In this document: one piece after another, positions 62,501 to 64,000 of the stretch
Position numbering within the stretch: the first letter of the stretch is position 1
How the letters are laid out: every line of letters starts with the position of its first letter
DNA from: Podarcis vaucheri
Lineage: Eukaryota
Assembly (NCBI GenBank): GCA_965113315.1
Contig: OZ220365.1
Length of the DNA: 64,000 bases
Strand: one strand, 5' to 3'
Notes under the pieces: model-generated
The model's input: the letters and a program-made list of their open reading frames with translations, nothing else
Told to the model about the DNA's origin: nothing
Databases searched by the model: none
Position numbers and translations under genes: made by a program

Positions 62501-63067
62501 CTAGAAACAAAAACATAAAATAGGAGAATAATTACTTCTTAACATACATTTGGCTGCTCCTCAATACCAAAGTGTATAACTATGCAGCTATTTAGAATTA
62601 AAAACAGCCCAGAAACCTCTTTAAATGGCTCCAACACATTTGGCCCACATGTGTCCATACACTAGTGTTCATCAATACGTCCTGTTTGGCACTTCTCATT
62701 TTCAATTTTTAAATATCTGGAGCAAAAAGATTTGCATGTTGCAACATCTTTGCTAGGATGGACAAGTATGAAGAAAATTGTCCTGAGCAGATGAACTGTA
62801 TTGGCATGTATATCCTATATGCCAAGATAGCTTATCTTTAGATTAGAACTCCCATCATCTCCAGTTACTGATCATGCTAACTGGGACTGATGAGAGTTGG
62901 AGTCAAGGACATTGGGAGGGTTGCTGGTTAGCCGCTCAATGCACCCTTATCCTGTGTGCCATTTTGCTAGTGCAACAGAACATATAAAAGAAACATTTCT
63001 GTTGCTTGCTTAAAATAATCCAAAGCATTAAAGTAGGCAATAATGAGGACTAAACAGTTTAGGTATA

Positions 63068-63282
63068 CAGTGGTACCTCAGGTTACATACGCTTCAGGTT
63101 ACAGACTCCGCTAATCCAGAAATAGTACCTCAGGTTAAGAACTTTGCTTCCGGATGAGAACAGAAATCGTGTGGCGGCAGCAGGAGGCCCCATTAGCTAA
63201 AGTGGTACCTCAGGGTAAGAACAGTTTCAGGTTAAGACTGGACCTCCATAACAAATTAAGTTCTTAACCCGAGGTACCACTG
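63068..63282 (+). mobile_element. Tc1/mariner (pogo/Tigger-like) MITE, copy 4
   Basis: TA|CAGTGGTACCTCAGGTTA ... TAACCCGAGGTACCACTG|TA. Confidence 0.92.
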
Positions 63283-63324
63283 TATGGTTTATATAAAGCT
63301 GTTTAAAGCTTATAGAAAACCTAC

Positions 63325-63472
63325 ACTGTGGTTCGCCAGAAGCAGCTTAGTCATGCTGGCCACATGACCCGGAAGCTGTCTGAGGACAAACGCCGTCTCC
63401 CTTGGTCTGTAGAGCAAGATGAGCACAGAATCCCAGAGTCGGCTGTGACTGGACCTAACGGTCAGGGGTACC

Positions 63473-63508
<36 letters not shown>
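63325..63508 (+). mobile_element. 5'-truncated Sauria SINE with tail running into (CA)n
   Basis: GGTTCGCCAGAAGCAGCTTAGTCATGCTGGCCACATGACCCGGAAG...GGTCAGGGGTACCTTTA then (CA)n at ~63476-63508. Confidence 0.9.
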
Positions 63509-63511
<3 letters not shown>

Positions 63512-64000
63512 TTTTTTCTTTCTCTTTCCTTTTTTCTTTTCCCCCATTTTCTCTTTTTATTGTTTGTTCGTATTAGATCTGTTTGGTTTGGTTTTTTATT
63601 GTATTATATGTTGAAAACCTTACATAAAACTGATGAGGGGGAGAGAAAAGAAAACACTTTATGCTTATTAGATTAAGTTTGGCTACCTCTCCTGGCTTCA
63701 GATTATAGTGGACTGCAGTGCTCCCTTTGCCTACTGAATGTTTTAGCCAATGGCCAAGACAAAAGGCTAGTCAGGTCTCAAGCAATCTGCCCCCAGCCCC
63801 TATTTTGTCAATTAACATATGCTAGGGTGCCTGTGGGATCTATTTTACAGTGGATAGTCCACTGTTTGAGGAGCTGTCACAGGATGGCCCTTTATTCTAT
63901 GGCCCAAGTCCAGTTTAAAGTAGGGCTGCCATATGCCATGATTTCCCCAGACATTACCAGGATTTCAAAGGTGGAAAGCTCAACAATTTGAAATACGGCA

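Noticed and set aside
1-64000. CRISPR arrays, operons or other prokaryotic systems
   Set aside because: No regularly spaced repeat-spacer array, very low coding density, and the sequence is dominated by vertebrate retroposons.

Overview
Vertebrate nuclear DNA, not prokaryotic. The repeat complement (Sauria SINEs, RTE-BovB, CR1, L2, L1, hAT and Tc1/pogo MITEs) points to a squamate, probably a lacertid lizard (inference). The window reads as a gene desert or a very large intron. No complete host gene is recognisable; there is one weak candidate terminal exon on the minus strand near 62.5 kb. Nearly all ORF-track entries are spurious or transposon-derived. Highlights: (1) two solo LTRs of different sequence and length (20883-21666, 34926-35359) each carry a reading frame opening at LTR base 2 and ending in a basic run plus LLxW...DS; (2) a Sauria SINE split by a solo LTR and by a 1.2-kb full-length non-autonomous L1-type retroposon, all three with perfect target-site duplications (TSDs); (3) an inverted pair of ~785-bp LTR-like elements with no TSD and no TG...CA ends; (4) a fossil Ty3/Gypsy RNase H fragment; (5) a young CR1 with ~330 intact RT codons; (6) a compensatory base-pair change in the 3' stem-loop shared by BovB and Sauria SINEs. 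All family names come from visual motif recognition; no database search was run.
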